From: Candidatus Latescibacterota bacterium
GTDB lineage: Bacteria; Latescibacterota; UBA2968; GCA-2709665
Assembly: GCA_965222075.1 (NCBI GenBank)
Contig: OZ244937.1
Coordinates: forward strand, 3,264,001 to 3,328,000
Reading direction: 5' to 3'
DNA: 64,000 nucleotides
Shown here: one piece after another, positions 38,585-48,419 of the stretch
Numbering within the stretch: position 1 is the stretch's first letter
Layout: each line of letters starts with the position of its first letter
The notes under the pieces: model-generated
What the model was told of the DNA's origin: nothing
The model's input: the letters and a program-made list of their open reading frames with translations, nothing else
Database searches by the model: none
Made by a program: the position numbers and the translations under genes

Positions 38585-40114
38585 TCACCTTCTCGTCAAC
38601 TTCACCCCATACCACACAATCCCAATCACCATCCCGATCACACTCAATACCAGAATTCCGCTCAACAGCAAGTTCGTCCTGGCGCTCACGTGAATCCGCA
38701 CCGTCTTGTCCTGCGTCTCCACTGGCCGGTTGTCCGCAAGCGCCTGCGTCTGGATCTGTACCTCGTAGTCTCCAACCCCCACACCTTCTGGCGTCAGAAA
38801 CTGAAGCTGCACCTTCTCCTCCTTCGCCGGCATCAGTGACCCGATCACATCCGGCTCGATCACCGACTGCCAGTTGGGCGGCACGTTCGTGCGAATCCGA
38901 ATATTGTCCAGCCTGCGCGTCCCATCGTTGAGCACCGTGATCTCCATCTCTACGTGCTCATCCGCCTTGATCTCATGGTACAGGTTCAACGCGCGCACCT
39001 CGATGCGGCCCACACCCCTTGGAATCAACTCCAGTTTCACCTTCCCTGCATTGAGCCCATCGATCTCCTCCTGGGAAAACCGCTTCTCCTCCAGAGGCTG
39101 AAGCTCCCGCCACACCTGTTGGGGCAGCACCAGCGCGTAAAACTCGATCGTCTTGTCGATCGCCACCTGCTCGTCGGAGCGCTCCGGCAGGTAAGCCGTC
39201 AGCGACAGCTGCTTGCTGGTCACCCCCTGCGTGAAATTGACCTGCGACAGCCGCTGCGTCTGCACCGAGGTCGGGTCCACGTCCACAAAACTGTAGGAAA
39301 TCTGCCGGGGCAGATTCACCACCGCCAATCGAAACACATCGTTATCGTTGGAAAATCGCTCCAGCTCCAGCGTATACGTCGCACTCTCCCCCAGGTTCGC
39401 CTCCTGGGAGAAATTCAACGAATTGACGATCACCTGGTTCGCGCTCGCATCCTTCTGCAAATAGATATGCTTCTGATCCACCGCCCCGGCATAGGTCATA
39501 CTCACCACCACCTCTTCCACATCCTTCAACAGCAGAAAATCCACCTCTGCCGTCTCCCCGAACCGGATCGTCGCGATCTTGTCCTCATACGGCTGGCTGA
39601 TGATGGGGCCCATACCCCCGCCTGTTGCCGGACTCTCGTGCAGGGAGATGAACACATTGTTGATCTTGTCCGGCTGCAGCGAGGGGTCGAACACGCTCTC
39701 ATCCGACTCGACCAGCTTCTCGTAGTCGGCCACCCCTCCCGTCGTATTCCTCAGCGTCAGCCGCACCCGCTTCCTGCCGTCCTCCGCCTGGTATTTCACC
39801 GCCTTCTCGATCACGATGTGAGGCTGGTCAAAGATCACCCTCAGCATCGCCTGCTGGTAGCTGATCTCCTCGTTGATATACCTCGCCTTCTTCCGCTCGA
39901 ACTCCTGGTTGGAAATCAGCTTGCGTTTCATCAGCTCCAGGGCAGCGGTGTATTCCGTCCTGGCCGCATCGTATTTGGCTTTCTGCTTCTTCAGTGCCAG
40001 GATCAGGTAAGACTCGTCGTTGCGCTCCGTAAAATACTGCCCATAACAGGGCGCTGCCCAACCGGCAGCCATCACCCAGAGAACCCAGACAAACCGCATC
40101 TTTCTCCCAAACAT
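38585..40114 (-). CDS. Secreted, C-terminally anchored protein with coiled-coil hairpin, Ig-like and NEW3 (NPCBM-associated) domains
   Basis: Signal peptide; LMKRKLISNQEFE hairpin; N.GTRRLDNI...P.NW...P..I.SL.P.....V.....P.....GDY; TM followed by KLTRR. Confidence 0.75.
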   Translation of the reverse strand: MFGRKMRFVWVLWVMAAGWAAPCYGQYFTERNDESYLILALKKQKAKYDAARTEYTAALELMKRKLISNQEFERKKARYINEEISYQQAMLRVIFDQPHIVIEKAVKYQAEDGRKRVRLTLRNTTGGVADYEKLVESDESVFDPSLQPDKINNVFISLHESPATGGGMGPIISQPYEDKIATIRFGETAEVDFLLLKDVEEVVVSMTYAGAVDQKHIYLQKDASANQVIVNSLNFSQEANLGESATYTLELERFSNDNDVFRLAVVNLPRQISYSFVDVDPTSVQTQRLSQVNFTQGVTSKQLSLTAYLPERSDEQVAIDKTIEFYALVLPQQVWRELQPLEEKRFSQEEIDGLNAGKVKLELIPRGVGRIEVRALNLYHEIKADEHVEMEITVLNDGTRRLDNIRIRTNVPPNWQSVIEPDVIGSLMPAKEEKVQLQFLTPEGVGVGDYEVQIQTQALADNRPVETQDKTVRIHVSARTNLLLSGILVLSVIGMVIGIVWYGVKLTRR

Positions 40115-40150
40115 TTCCTTTGCTCTCCCATTCCGCATTCCGCAATCTCC

Positions 40151-41554
40151 TTACCTCACATCATACCTCAAAATCGCCACATACGCCCCCGCAAATCCCA
40201 CCAGCATCAGCAGTACCAGATTCAGAATGTGGAATGCGTTCCGAACCAGACACTCACCCAGCGTCTCCTTATTCTGATAGGTAAACCGGGAATAATCCGT
40301 CAGATCGCGTTCTTTACGCCAGGGAACCGCTCGCTTATTCCGAATATACTGCCCCATATAAATCAGGTGATGCCCCAGCGCATCTTCGATCCATTCTTTC
40401 TGAACATACCCGGTGCGAGCCAGGTCCATTGAGACAAAAGTAACCGCGCCGAAGGGAGAGACCGCCGACATGAACATTGCCAGACGCTGCTGCTGCCGCA
40501 TCAGGTTTCGTGGCTTCTCCCGCAGTCGGATCAGACGCGGATAAAACTCCGCATCCCACCTGTTGTGGATCCTCTTCACCCCCTCCCTGAACGCAATCTT
40601 CCGTGCATCCGGGAGGGCATCCCAGTCCTCTATCCGGGCCTTTTCCCAATACGCACCCACCGCCTCATCTCGTTTCTCGTCGATCTCCCAGAGCAGTTTG
40701 TCCACCCCTTTCAACAGGTTCACGCCACTCCCCGCCGGCCTCAAGTACCGGGCTGTGTTCACCGCTAAGTCCGGAACGATAAAAATCCAGACCGCCCAGA
40801 GCCCCAAAAGCCCTAAAAAGGCCGTCATACGGCGGTGGGCCAGCGCAGACACCAGAAGCCCGAAGGCAACGAACACCCCAAGGTAGAGCGCAAACACCAC
40901 CATCAGAGCCCCCATCCGCGCCCAGTCCTCATTCTGCATATCGATCTCCGGAACCAGGGCCATCACCACCGCCGCCAGCAGCAACCCAAAGAGAAAAGGC
41001 ACCAGTACGGCTACATTGGCCCCGACCAGCTTGGCCAGGGCCAGCGTCGATCTGGCAACCGGGAACGATGAAAAGAGCCTCAGCGTACCTCCTTCCTTTT
41101 CCCCGCATATGGCGTCGTAGGTAAACAGCAAAACACAAATACTCAACACAATCTTAACAACAAACGCCAGGTCCAGCACCCCGAAGATCGTGTAGATCGG
41201 ATCCTCTTCAAACAGGCTGGCCTCAAACTTCGGGAGCGTCTGGTATTGAATGAGCACTTCCCTCCCCAGCTTTCCCGACAGCCCGTACACCACCGGGCTG
41301 AGCACCTCCGGCCTGCGGTTCCACCGCTCGCCGACTACCTGGAGGTAGCTGAGGCTCTTATTGTCGATATAGGCCTGAAGCGTCTGTCGATGACCCTCCA
41401 TCGTCTCGCTGTACTCGCTGAGCTGCAAGACATAGTGTTGCCCTCCAATGTACACACTCAAGGCCGAAAGCAAAGCACAAAGTGCAAACACGATGGTAAA
41501 CCGCAAATCCAGCAGATAATTCGTCAGTTCCTTCCGAACGAGTCGGCTGAACAT
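40151..41554 (-). CDS. ABC-2-type permease, class B paralogue
   Basis: MFSRLVRKEL..DLRF, WNRRPEVLSP.VYGLSG.LG, GEKEGGTLRL, LRYDVR. Confidence 0.88.
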   Translation of the reverse strand: MFSRLVRKELTNYLLDLRFTIVFALCALLSALSVYIGGQHYVLQLSEYSETMEGHRQTLQAYIDNKSLSYLQVVGERWNRRPEVLSPVVYGLSGKLGREVLIQYQTLPKFEASLFEEDPIYTIFGVLDLAFVVKIVLSICVLLFTYDAICGEKEGGTLRLFSSFPVARSTLALAKLVGANVAVLVPFLFGLLLAAVVMALVPEIDMQNEDWARMGALMVVFALYLGVFVAFGLLVSALAHRRMTAFLGLLGLWAVWIFIVPDLAVNTARYLRPAGSGVNLLKGVDKLLWEIDEKRDEAVGAYWEKARIEDWDALPDARKIAFREGVKRIHNRWDAEFYPRLIRLREKPRNLMRQQQRLAMFMSAVSPFGAVTFVSMDLARTGYVQKEWIEDALGHHLIYMGQYIRNKRAVPWRKERDLTDYSRFTYQNKETLGECLVRNAFHILNLVLLMLVGFAGAYVAILRYDVR

Positions 41555-41624
41555 CGTTTGCTCCGCAAACCGTTGCGGGTTATGGGTCACGGGTCACCTG
41601 CTTTTGACCCGCGACTCCCCACCC

Positions 41625-43061
41625 TCATCTTAAATCGTACCGCAGCAGCGCCACAGACGCGCCGACGAAAAAGACCAGCCCCCACAGCGCCAGCATCCCG
41701 ATATCCACCATCGCCGCCTGGACATCCTCTTCCGGCCATGTCTCCCGGTAGACCAGCCGGGGAAAATCGGAAAGATCCCAATCGTATTTTCCGTACTTCT
41801 CCGAATCTGCCCGGCCTAACTCTTTCTGCATATAATGTCTCCAGTACCAGTCACCTTGCCTATCCCGGGTCTGATGGACAATCTCTAAAAACCGCTGGTG
41901 CCGCTCCAGGTCCGTCCCTGCCAGCCGGAGCGTCGCGCTGTTGAACGCAAATGCCGGAGAGAACCGCGCCAGGACCATTGCCAGGCCCAGCCGGGCATTG
42001 TAGCGGTTGCGAAAGTTCGCCCGAAGCTGGTCGGCCCTGGGATCTCTGACCATCCGCTCCCCCTTCCAGACCCTATCCCGCATGAGCGCAAACCCCTCCC
42101 GGCCCTCTGGCGATCTCCACCAGTGTTCACCCCTCTTTGCGAAATAGCCCTCGATCCATTCGTCCTCAAGCTTATGACGCCTCTGATTGCTAAGCTGGAA
42201 CAGCGTCCTCAATTCGGCCTGCAGTCGCTGCGTAGACGGTGCGACCCGCACCATATCCGCAACAATCAGGCTCAAACGGGGCAGGATGGCCACCGTGCCC
42301 ACCCAGAAAAACAGCAGGATCACGAACGAAGTCGCCGCCTGGTGGGTCAGGCTGGACCCCAGAACGCCGGCGCAGACAAAAGCCGCCAGGTAAAGTCCAA
42401 AAGCCACAAGAATCAGCCCAAGCCGCAACAGCTCCGGATCTTTCAGCTGAACGTCCGGCAGAAGCAGAATCAACCCGATGCCGACCAGCAGGGGAAGCCC
42501 CAGCGCCGCCAGCATCGGAATCAGTGCGCCCACGATCTTGCCCATAAGCAGCCGCGCCCTCGGTGTTGGAAAGGAGAAGATCAGCCGCAGCGTCCCCCCC
42601 TCCTTCTCTCCGCAGACCGCATCGTACGTCATCAACAGCACGAACAGGCTCAACACAACCTGCACCACAATCGCCAGATCCAGCGGGGGGAAGACCCCCA
42701 GCACCGGTTCTTCTGCGGCCGGGCTGAACTTCAACCGTTGAATATGAACACCGGCCAGATAAACCGTCTGCCCAAGCGTCGCCTCGGCCCCACGCACAAA
42801 AATGCTCATCGGCGTAGGCGGTTTCTGCACCGGGTAGCCGAAGTTGCTGGCATAACGCGCATCGCCTGATTTGACCCGGTGCTGATAGTTGCTCTCCGTC
42901 CACGCCTGCGACCGCCGGTACTCCTTCAAACACCCCTGATAAAAAACATACCCGCTGAACAGGCTCGCCCAGACAATCACCGCCCCGATTCCCGACAGAA
43001 TCAAAAACCGGAGTCCCAGAATATGCTCCAGGATCTCCTTCCGAATCAGGTGACCGAGCAT
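41625..43061 (-). CDS. ABC-2-type permease, class A paralogue
   Basis: MLGHLIRKEILEH, VFPPLDL, GEKEGGTLRL, KYGKYDWDLSDFPR, LRYDLR. Confidence 0.88.
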   Translation of the reverse strand: MLGHLIRKEILEHILGLRFLILSGIGAVIVWASLFSGYVFYQGCLKEYRRSQAWTESNYQHRVKSGDARYASNFGYPVQKPPTPMSIFVRGAEATLGQTVYLAGVHIQRLKFSPAAEEPVLGVFPPLDLAIVVQVVLSLFVLLMTYDAVCGEKEGGTLRLIFSFPTPRARLLMGKIVGALIPMLAALGLPLLVGIGLILLLPDVQLKDPELLRLGLILVAFGLYLAAFVCAGVLGSSLTHQAATSFVILLFFWVGTVAILPRLSLIVADMVRVAPSTQRLQAELRTLFQLSNQRRHKLEDEWIEGYFAKRGEHWWRSPEGREGFALMRDRVWKGERMVRDPRADQLRANFRNRYNARLGLAMVLARFSPAFAFNSATLRLAGTDLERHQRFLEIVHQTRDRQGDWYWRHYMQKELGRADSEKYGKYDWDLSDFPRLVYRETWPEEDVQAAMVDIGMLALWGLVFFVGASVALLRYDLR

Positions 43062-43099
43062 AGGGATTCCCTTCTCCATGTAGAGAATAAATGCACAGA

Positions 43100-43116
43100 G
43101 TTGACCCCATGTCAAC
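43100..43116. promoter_or_regulatory. Palindrome GTTGAC-N5-GTCAAC overlapping a TTGACA box upstream of the permease operon
   Basis: Perfect 6-bp arms, 40 nt upstream of the permease start. Confidence 0.4.
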
Positions 43117-43178
43117 CGCAAAAAGACCTCGGGTGCGCGCCTGTGTCCTGGTGTATCGGCGCCGTCCTCAACGGAGGT

Positions 43179-43370
43179 CTAAAGCTCCCCTCTGGCCTCT
43201 ACCTTTACGGGTTCTCCACCGCTTGCCTGCTCACTCTCAAACATAAACTTTATATGAACAAGGCCAAAAGAGACAATGATCAGAACGAGAACCACCAGAA
43301 TGCAGAGACCCGCACTTTGAAGATTGTTGCGTTCCTCCTTCCGCCCCAGAACCTCTTTAAGCGTCTGCAT
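43179..43370 (-). CDS. Small single-TM protein, 63 aa (MQTxKE family, copy 1)
   Basis: AGGAGG RBS; MQTLKEVLGRKEERNNLQSAGLC then a TM segment; paralogues at 44207-44365 and 59053-59112. Confidence 0.75.
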   Translation of the reverse strand: MQTLKEVLGRKEERNNLQSAGLCILVVLVLIIVSFGLVHIKFMFESEQASGGEPVKVEARGEL

Positions 43371-43454
43371 ACAATACCCTCCTGTCCGTCTCTGCCAGGA
43401 CGGGTGTGATCAGTCGGAGCGACCAGACACGCGGCCTGGTCCATTCTTCAGATT

Positions 43455-43482
43455 TGACACGTAAAACAGGATCGATGTTTCA
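43455..43482 (-). promoter_or_regulatory. ECF-type promoter TGAAAC-N17-TGTC
   Basis: Minus strand TGAAAC atcgatcctgttttacg TGTCAAA, directly downstream of the ECF sigma gene and upstream of the small gene. Confidence 0.55.
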
Positions 43483-43532
43483 ACAAATTGAAGCCCGGAT
43501 GCACCGGGGCTGACCCCCAAATCCGCAACCGC

Positions 43533-44114
43533 TCAATCCCCCATCACCCCGGACACCTCAAACGCCTCCTTCAACTGCGCTCGCGCCCGGTAGAGCCAGC
43601 TCTTCACCGTCCCGACCGGTACCTGGAGTTCCTCGGTAATCTCCAGGTACGACCGCTCCTCCACATACCGCAACCGCATCGCCTCCCGGTAGGGCGTCGG
43701 CAGCCCGCTGATGCCCTGTATCAACAGGTTCTGGTTCTCTTTCCGGTCCAGAACCTCTTCGGGATCCTCATCGTAGGCGGGTTCCCACGTCTCCCGCAAC
43801 TCTGGCCCGGCATCTGCAACCACATCCATCCGGGCCTGCCGCGCCCGCTGTGCCCGGAAGTGTGTGGTACACACATTGATGGCAATCTGTGTCAACCACG
43901 TCGAAAAGGCCGCCTCGCCCCGGAACCCCGCCAGCCCCAGGAAGGCCCGCATAAACGTCACCTGCACCAGGTCTTCCGCATCGTCCTGGTTACACGTGCG
44001 CCCCCTTACGGCCGCATAGATCCTGGGCTGATACGTCCGGAAGAGGCTCCCAAATGCATCCGTGTCCCCGTCCAGCGTTCGGCGCACCAGCTCTTTCGCC
44101 TTTGTCCGTGACAT
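43533..44114 (-). CDS. ECF RNA polymerase sigma factor (paralogue 1)
   Basis: DAEDLVQ.TF, FRGEAAFSTWL..IA.N, LP..YREA..LRY...SY.EI...L.VP.GTVKSWL.RAR. Confidence 0.93.
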   Translation of the reverse strand: MSRTKAKELVRRTLDGDTDAFGSLFRTYQPRIYAAVRGRTCNQDDAEDLVQVTFMRAFLGLAGFRGEAAFSTWLTQIAINVCTTHFRAQRARQARMDVVADAGPELRETWEPAYDEDPEEVLDRKENQNLLIQGISGLPTPYREAMRLRYVEERSYLEITEELQVPVGTVKSWLYRARAQLKEAFEVSGVMGD

Positions 44115-44206
44115 GCTTAACCTCTTCATTTACATAAGATAAAATCCACTTGAGATCACTATTCCATCTCGGAGACCAGACCCGCATGCCCCAAGTCCGT
44201 AGAGAC

Positions 44207-44365
44207 CTACTCCCTGTGGACATCCTCCGAAAAGACCTGTTTCATAAGAACCAGTCCGAAAGCGCCCATAACCAGCGCCAGGACCGCCAGCACGCAGAAC
44301 CCGACGTTTTTCAGGTTCCGGCACTCCTCCTTCCGGCTGAAAACTTCTTTGAAGGTCTGCATCAT
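44207..44365 (-). CDS. Small single-TM protein, 52 aa (MQTxKE family, copy 2); not in ORF track
   Basis: AGGAGG RBS; MMQTFKEVFSRKEECRNLKNVGFCVLAVLALVMGAFGLVLMKQVFSEDVHRE-stop; aligns without gaps to copy 1. Confidence 0.75.
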   Translation of the reverse strand: MMQTFKEVFSRKEECRNLKNVGFCVLAVLALVMGAFGLVLMKQVFSEDVHRE

Positions 44366-44595
44366 GCGCCTCCTGATCGCTTTGTTGGCCGGTGCGCCAT
44401 ACCCTCATATCGTATTGAACGCACCGTGTTTACCTGTCAATGTGATTCGGAAACCCTCGCATCGTCCCGCCAAAGACTCGCCTGAGGACCTTCCTTATTC
44501 CATCTCCCACACCTTCGCCCAATACCGTACGGCAAATACCGCAGCTGACGCACGCTTCATATCCACCTCCTTTCAAAAGCTTGCAAGACCATAAG

Positions 44596-44670
44596 AAAAA
44601 ACCACGGCGTCCTGCTCGTGCCGTGGCCTGTAGTGGAGAGACCAAAAAAGCCATCCGGGTGAGAATGGCT
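44596..44670 (-). terminator. Two tandem Rho-independent terminators
   Basis: Minus strand AGCCAT-N10-ATGGCT-T5 (44644-44670), then CCACGGC-N11-GCCGTGG-T6 (44596-44626). Confidence 0.7.
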
Positions 44671-45035
44671 TAATGTTCGTCCCAACAACGAACGTTCTTC
44701 GCCTGAATCTCCCCAGACACGAGAAGGATCATCTGCTGATCGACTCGGATATCCTGGAAGAGACACAGACAGGGAAACCGGATAATTCTAAAGGTTTTTT
44801 GGTGATCTTCCGCAAAATCAACCAGTTACCCCAAAACTATGGCATCTTCCAGACTATCCCGCCGGCCCTATAATAGGCCGCTTGGAATGCAAAGACATCC
44901 CGCACCCTTCCCAATAACGTACAGCTCTGCCGGCGCTGGTGTCGACCATTTCGACGATAGTCTGGATCAGCATCGTGAACTCCCTTTGGATTGGAATTCC
45001 ACCAGCAAATTTGCGCGAATTCATTCAAGTTTCAG

Positions 45036-45064
45036 AATATAAGGATTGACTGGAGCAATGTCAA
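45036..45064 (-). promoter_or_regulatory. Sigma70 promoter TTGACA-N17-TATATT
   Basis: Near-consensus boxes; TTGAC-N9-GTCAA palindrome overlaps the -35. Confidence 0.6.
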
Positions 45065-45084
45065 GAAAAAATTGCCTCTACAGA

Positions 45085-45280
45085 TCACTTTCTCCTCAGG
45101 CTACGACTTCCACGTGCGGATGAGCGCCTCAAGATCCTGTCAATCGTCATCGGGACGCATCTGTCTCGCGGCGTCTCCTCAATAAGCTGGACAATCGGCT
45201 CAATTTCCGGGCTGAACCGGACCATGTCCGGTGTCAGCGTCAACCTGATTCAGGTATCGTCCTGTTTGTTGTTTCAACAT
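45085..45280 (-). pseudogene. Frameshifted 5' remnant of a hypothetical gene
   Basis: GAGGAGG RBS and ATG; a shifted frame gives TPDMVRFSPEIEPIVQLIEETPRDR, which I recall as the N-terminus of a Planctomycete-type hypothetical protein; then truncates. Confidence 0.45.
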
Positions 45281-45315
45281 AGCCCATCCTCCTCTATCAA
45301 AAAGTAGGCCATACA

Positions 45316-45498
45316 TTACCTCTCTGCAACAATTAAATGCAAGTCCCCAAACTCATGCCAGAGGTACTGCTCACGCAGCGCCTGGTCCAGGTCCACCGAC
45401 CGGTTCATCTCTTTGGCAACCGTATTGAGAATGGCCAACTCCCGGTTGCGCTGCTTCAATTTATCGGCGTCGGCCTTCTCGTTCTCTTCATCGGGCAT
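45316..45498 (-). pseudogene. 5' remnant of a GAF-domain sensor protein
   Basis: LKQRNRELAILNTVAKEMNRSVDLDQAL is a typical helix entering a GAF domain; ORF ends about 20 codons later. Confidence 0.6.
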
Positions 45499-45551
45499 CG
45501 GCTACCGTCTCCACTCAGACATATCATTGGAAAACCGGATCATACGGCATC

Positions 45552-47282
45552 TCATCTTGTGGAATCTGTGAGACGGAACGGCGCGGCAGCGCGTCCCCCT
45601 TTTGGCAGCCCAAGCGGCAACTGGACATCCAGGAGAAACGGGCGATGTTCTCCCTCAACCACATCCAACCCACGGTCAATCGCTTCGGTAAGACAAGACT
45701 CATCCTCAACGTGCATACCCTCCACGCCAAACCCCTCCGCAACCTTCACCGGATCGATGCTATCCAGGACCACACCGGCATATTCACCGGTCTGCTTCAT
45801 CCTGCCCTCAGCCCGCCCAAAGTAGTTCGCCACAATGCCGTAGGACCGGTTATTCGGAATAACGTAGAGCACCGGAATCCCGTGGTGCGCCGCCGTCCAG
45901 AGTCCCGAGTCCGCATAGAACACCGAACCGTCTCCGATCAGCCCAACCACGGGTCGAGATGGCGCCCCGAGTTTCAACCCCATCGCCCCACCAATCCCAT
46001 AGCCCTCCGCTCCCCCGGCGGCCTGGACATACACATTCCTGCCCGCATCATCCCCCCCGCCTATGCTGTTTAACGGCAGGACAAACTGCTCAATCATGAT
46101 CAGTCCGCCCCCCACGCGCTCCAGAGCCTGATCAAGCGCATCCGCCAGCACCCACGGACGCACCCGGGAGGGCTGCGGTTCAACCTTCTGCGCAGCCTTC
46201 AGACGCTGCGCACGGAGGGCGGCGGCCTGCTCCTGCGCCCAGGCGCGCCGCTCGTCAAAGCGCTCTGATGTCGCATCCAGCAATTCCTCCAAACGCTCAA
46301 GCGTCCGGCGTTCGTCGGCTAAGATACCCAGATCCAGGCCCTGGGTATTATTGAGATTCTCCACATCCGAGCCTATGGCGATAATACGCTGCGCCGTGGA
46401 GAACGACCTGAGATCCCGGGGCTGTCCACTCCCACCGTGGCGCACGCCGATACAGAGGATCAGATCCGGATTGAGCGCAGCCACCGCCTGGTCAAACCGT
46501 CCACAATGGAGCCTGTGTTTTATCGGAACGCTCCGCAACTCCGCCCAGCCGCTTGCAGCGGGGGCGCCAACATGCTCGGCAAGCGCGGTGACCTGCGCCT
46601 CTGCTCCGCTCTTCCAGACCCCATCCCCAACGTAAAGCAGCGGACGCTCGGCCTCATGCAGGGCACGGGCGACCTCTTCTACGTCGCCATCTGCCGGATA
46701 CCCGGCTCGAAGGTCTGGAACGCCGCCTTCAACAATGTTCGCACGAACCTGCCGGGTGTCCAGCAGCCGATCGTAAACGGCGAGGTGTACCGGGCCAACC
46801 GGGGGCGTCCTGGCAACCTGCAAGGCACGGGTGACCGCCTGCGGCAGCCCTTCCGGTTCAATCACCGTCCAGTTCGCCTTGGTAAAAGGTCCCGAGATTG
46901 ACGTTGGACCCACATTGTGACTCAGATCCAGGCCGATCCTGTCCACGTAGCTCCCCGTATCTCCCGCAAACGTGATGACCACAACGGGCAGGCTGCCGGT
47001 CCAGACGTTAATCAGTTGTCCCAGGCATTGGGCCAGCCCTGCCCCGAGATGGACCGAAATAACTGCCGGATCCAGCGCAACCTGTGTGTACCCTCCGGCC
47101 ATGGCCGTGACGCTCCCCTCGTGGAGCCCCAGGATGCCGTGTATGCCGGGATGCGCATGCAGCGCATCGAAAAAGTGCGCTTCGCGCGATCCGGAGTTGT
47201 AGAACAGATACTCTACACCCGATGCCGCGAGCTGCTCGATCATAATCTGGGATGGATTCGCCGTGATTGATCTCATCTGCAT
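45552..47282 (-). CDS. Thiamine-diphosphate-dependent enzyme (benzoylformate decarboxylase-like)
   Basis: LHEG....MA.GY, P.GPV, GDGS...LWTAA...NN..YG TPP motif. Confidence 0.88.
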   Translation of the reverse strand: MQMRSITANPSQIMIEQLAASGVEYLFYNSGSREAHFFDALHAHPGIHGILGLHEGSVTAMAGGYTQVALDPAVISVHLGAGLAQCLGQLINVWTGSLPVVVITFAGDTGSYVDRIGLDLSHNVGPTSISGPFTKANWTVIEPEGLPQAVTRALQVARTPPVGPVHLAVYDRLLDTRQVRANIVEGGVPDLRAGYPADGDVEEVARALHEAERPLLYVGDGVWKSGAEAQVTALAEHVGAPAASGWAELRSVPIKHRLHCGRFDQAVAALNPDLILCIGVRHGGSGQPRDLRSFSTAQRIIAIGSDVENLNNTQGLDLGILADERRTLERLEELLDATSERFDERRAWAQEQAAALRAQRLKAAQKVEPQPSRVRPWVLADALDQALERVGGGLIMIEQFVLPLNSIGGGDDAGRNVYVQAAGGAEGYGIGGAMGLKLGAPSRPVVGLIGDGSVFYADSGLWTAAHHGIPVLYVIPNNRSYGIVANYFGRAEGRMKQTGEYAGVVLDSIDPVKVAEGFGVEGMHVEDESCLTEAIDRGLDVVEGEHRPFLLDVQLPLGLPKGGRAAAPFRLTDSTR

Positions 47283-47322
47283 GAGGCGTAACCTCCCTCT
47301 CTTTGTCGTGGAACGTAAACGA

Positions 47323-48399
47323 TCACACCACCTGATATCGCTCGATGTCTGCCGCTTCCGCCGCCTCTTCGCTCAAGGAAACATTCAACTTGCCTGCCCA
47401 CTCCTGAATCTGTCCGTAGATCGTATCGGGCAGTTCGATGCCATCTACCAAACGCGCTACACGAAACCGGCGCTCAAAATCCCCGGGAACCAGCACCTCG
47501 TCAAAGCCGGGGGCCGGCAGCATTGCCTTCATACCGTCCAGCAGCGCCCGTACGCCCTTTTGGTAGGCCTCCAGCGGCGTAAACGCACCCACATTCACCA
47601 CCTGCATAAACGCCCCGTTCATCTCGCCCTTCTCAACGTTGAAACTCCCGGACAGCCCGCCCAGCAGGCAGACCAGCAGCGCAAGCGCGTATCCCTTGTG
47701 CTCACCGAACGGCAGCAGGTACCCACCCTCGTAAAAATCCATCGTCCTCACGCTGGGATTCCCGTGCTTATCCACAATATACCCTTCGGGCAAATCCGCG
47801 TTTTCGCTCCTGGCAACCTGGAGCTTTCCCTCGGCAACCCTGCTCGTGGCGAAATCGATAATAAACGGCGTATCGTCGCCGGTTGGAACACCCACCGCCA
47901 TGGGATTGGTGCCCAGCGCTCCCACCGTACCCCCAAAAGGCACGGTCGCTCCGTTGTTCTTCGCGCCGCCACCAACGGTGATCATACCAATACACCCCGC
48001 ACGCGTCGCCGCCTCTGCGTACTCCCCCAGCCGCCCGATATGCTCAATGCGGAGAAAACTCACACAGCACACATCCGCCTGCATTGCCTTCTCAATCGCC
48101 AGACCCATTGCCTTTCGGGCAGCGTAATGTCCAAACCCGCCGTTCCCATCCACAAGCAGCGTATTGGCCGTCTCATTGACCACCTTCGGCTCGGCAGCCG
48201 GATCAAGCCCACCCTCTGAGATACTTTGCAAATAGGCGGGAATGCGAAGCACCCCGTGCGAGTCGTGTCCGGCGAGATTTGAATTGACCAGTATCTCCGC
48301 AACATCGTCGGCAACAGGACGGGGCGTGTCCGCCGCCATCAACAGCCGCCGCGTCATCGCGTGGAGATCACCGGCCTGGAAACAATGGGTTTCTCCCAT
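47323..48399 (-). CDS. Ldh_2-family (type 2 malate/lactate/sulfolactate) oxidoreductase
   Basis: GHDSHG..R...Y, DG..GFG, HIGRLGEY, GTNP, DFATS, GEHKGY, PG..E. Confidence 0.9.
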   Translation of the reverse strand: MGETHCFQAGDLHAMTRRLLMAADTPRPVADDVAEILVNSNLAGHDSHGVLRIPAYLQSISEGGLDPAAEPKVVNETANTLLVDGNGGFGHYAARKAMGLAIEKAMQADVCCVSFLRIEHIGRLGEYAEAATRAGCIGMITVGGGAKNNGATVPFGGTVGALGTNPMAVGVPTGDDTPFIIDFATSRVAEGKLQVARSENADLPEGYIVDKHGNPSVRTMDFYEGGYLLPFGEHKGYALALLVCLLGGLSGSFNVEKGEMNGAFMQVVNVGAFTPLEAYQKGVRALLDGMKAMLPAPGFDEVLVPGDFERRFRVARLVDGIELPDTIYGQIQEWAGKLNVSLSEEAAEAADIERYQVV

Positions 48400-48419
48400 C
48401 GGGAATTCTCCTTTATCGC

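Noticed and set aside
44127-44155. TTATGTAAAT XerD-arm-like sequence upstream of ECF1
   Set aside because: No matching XerC arm 6 bp away.
43179-44365. Microproteins as RiPP/bacteriocin precursors
   Set aside because: No double-glycine leader and no radical SAM, LanM, YcaO or C39 peptidase genes in the window; they look like single-pass membrane proteins.
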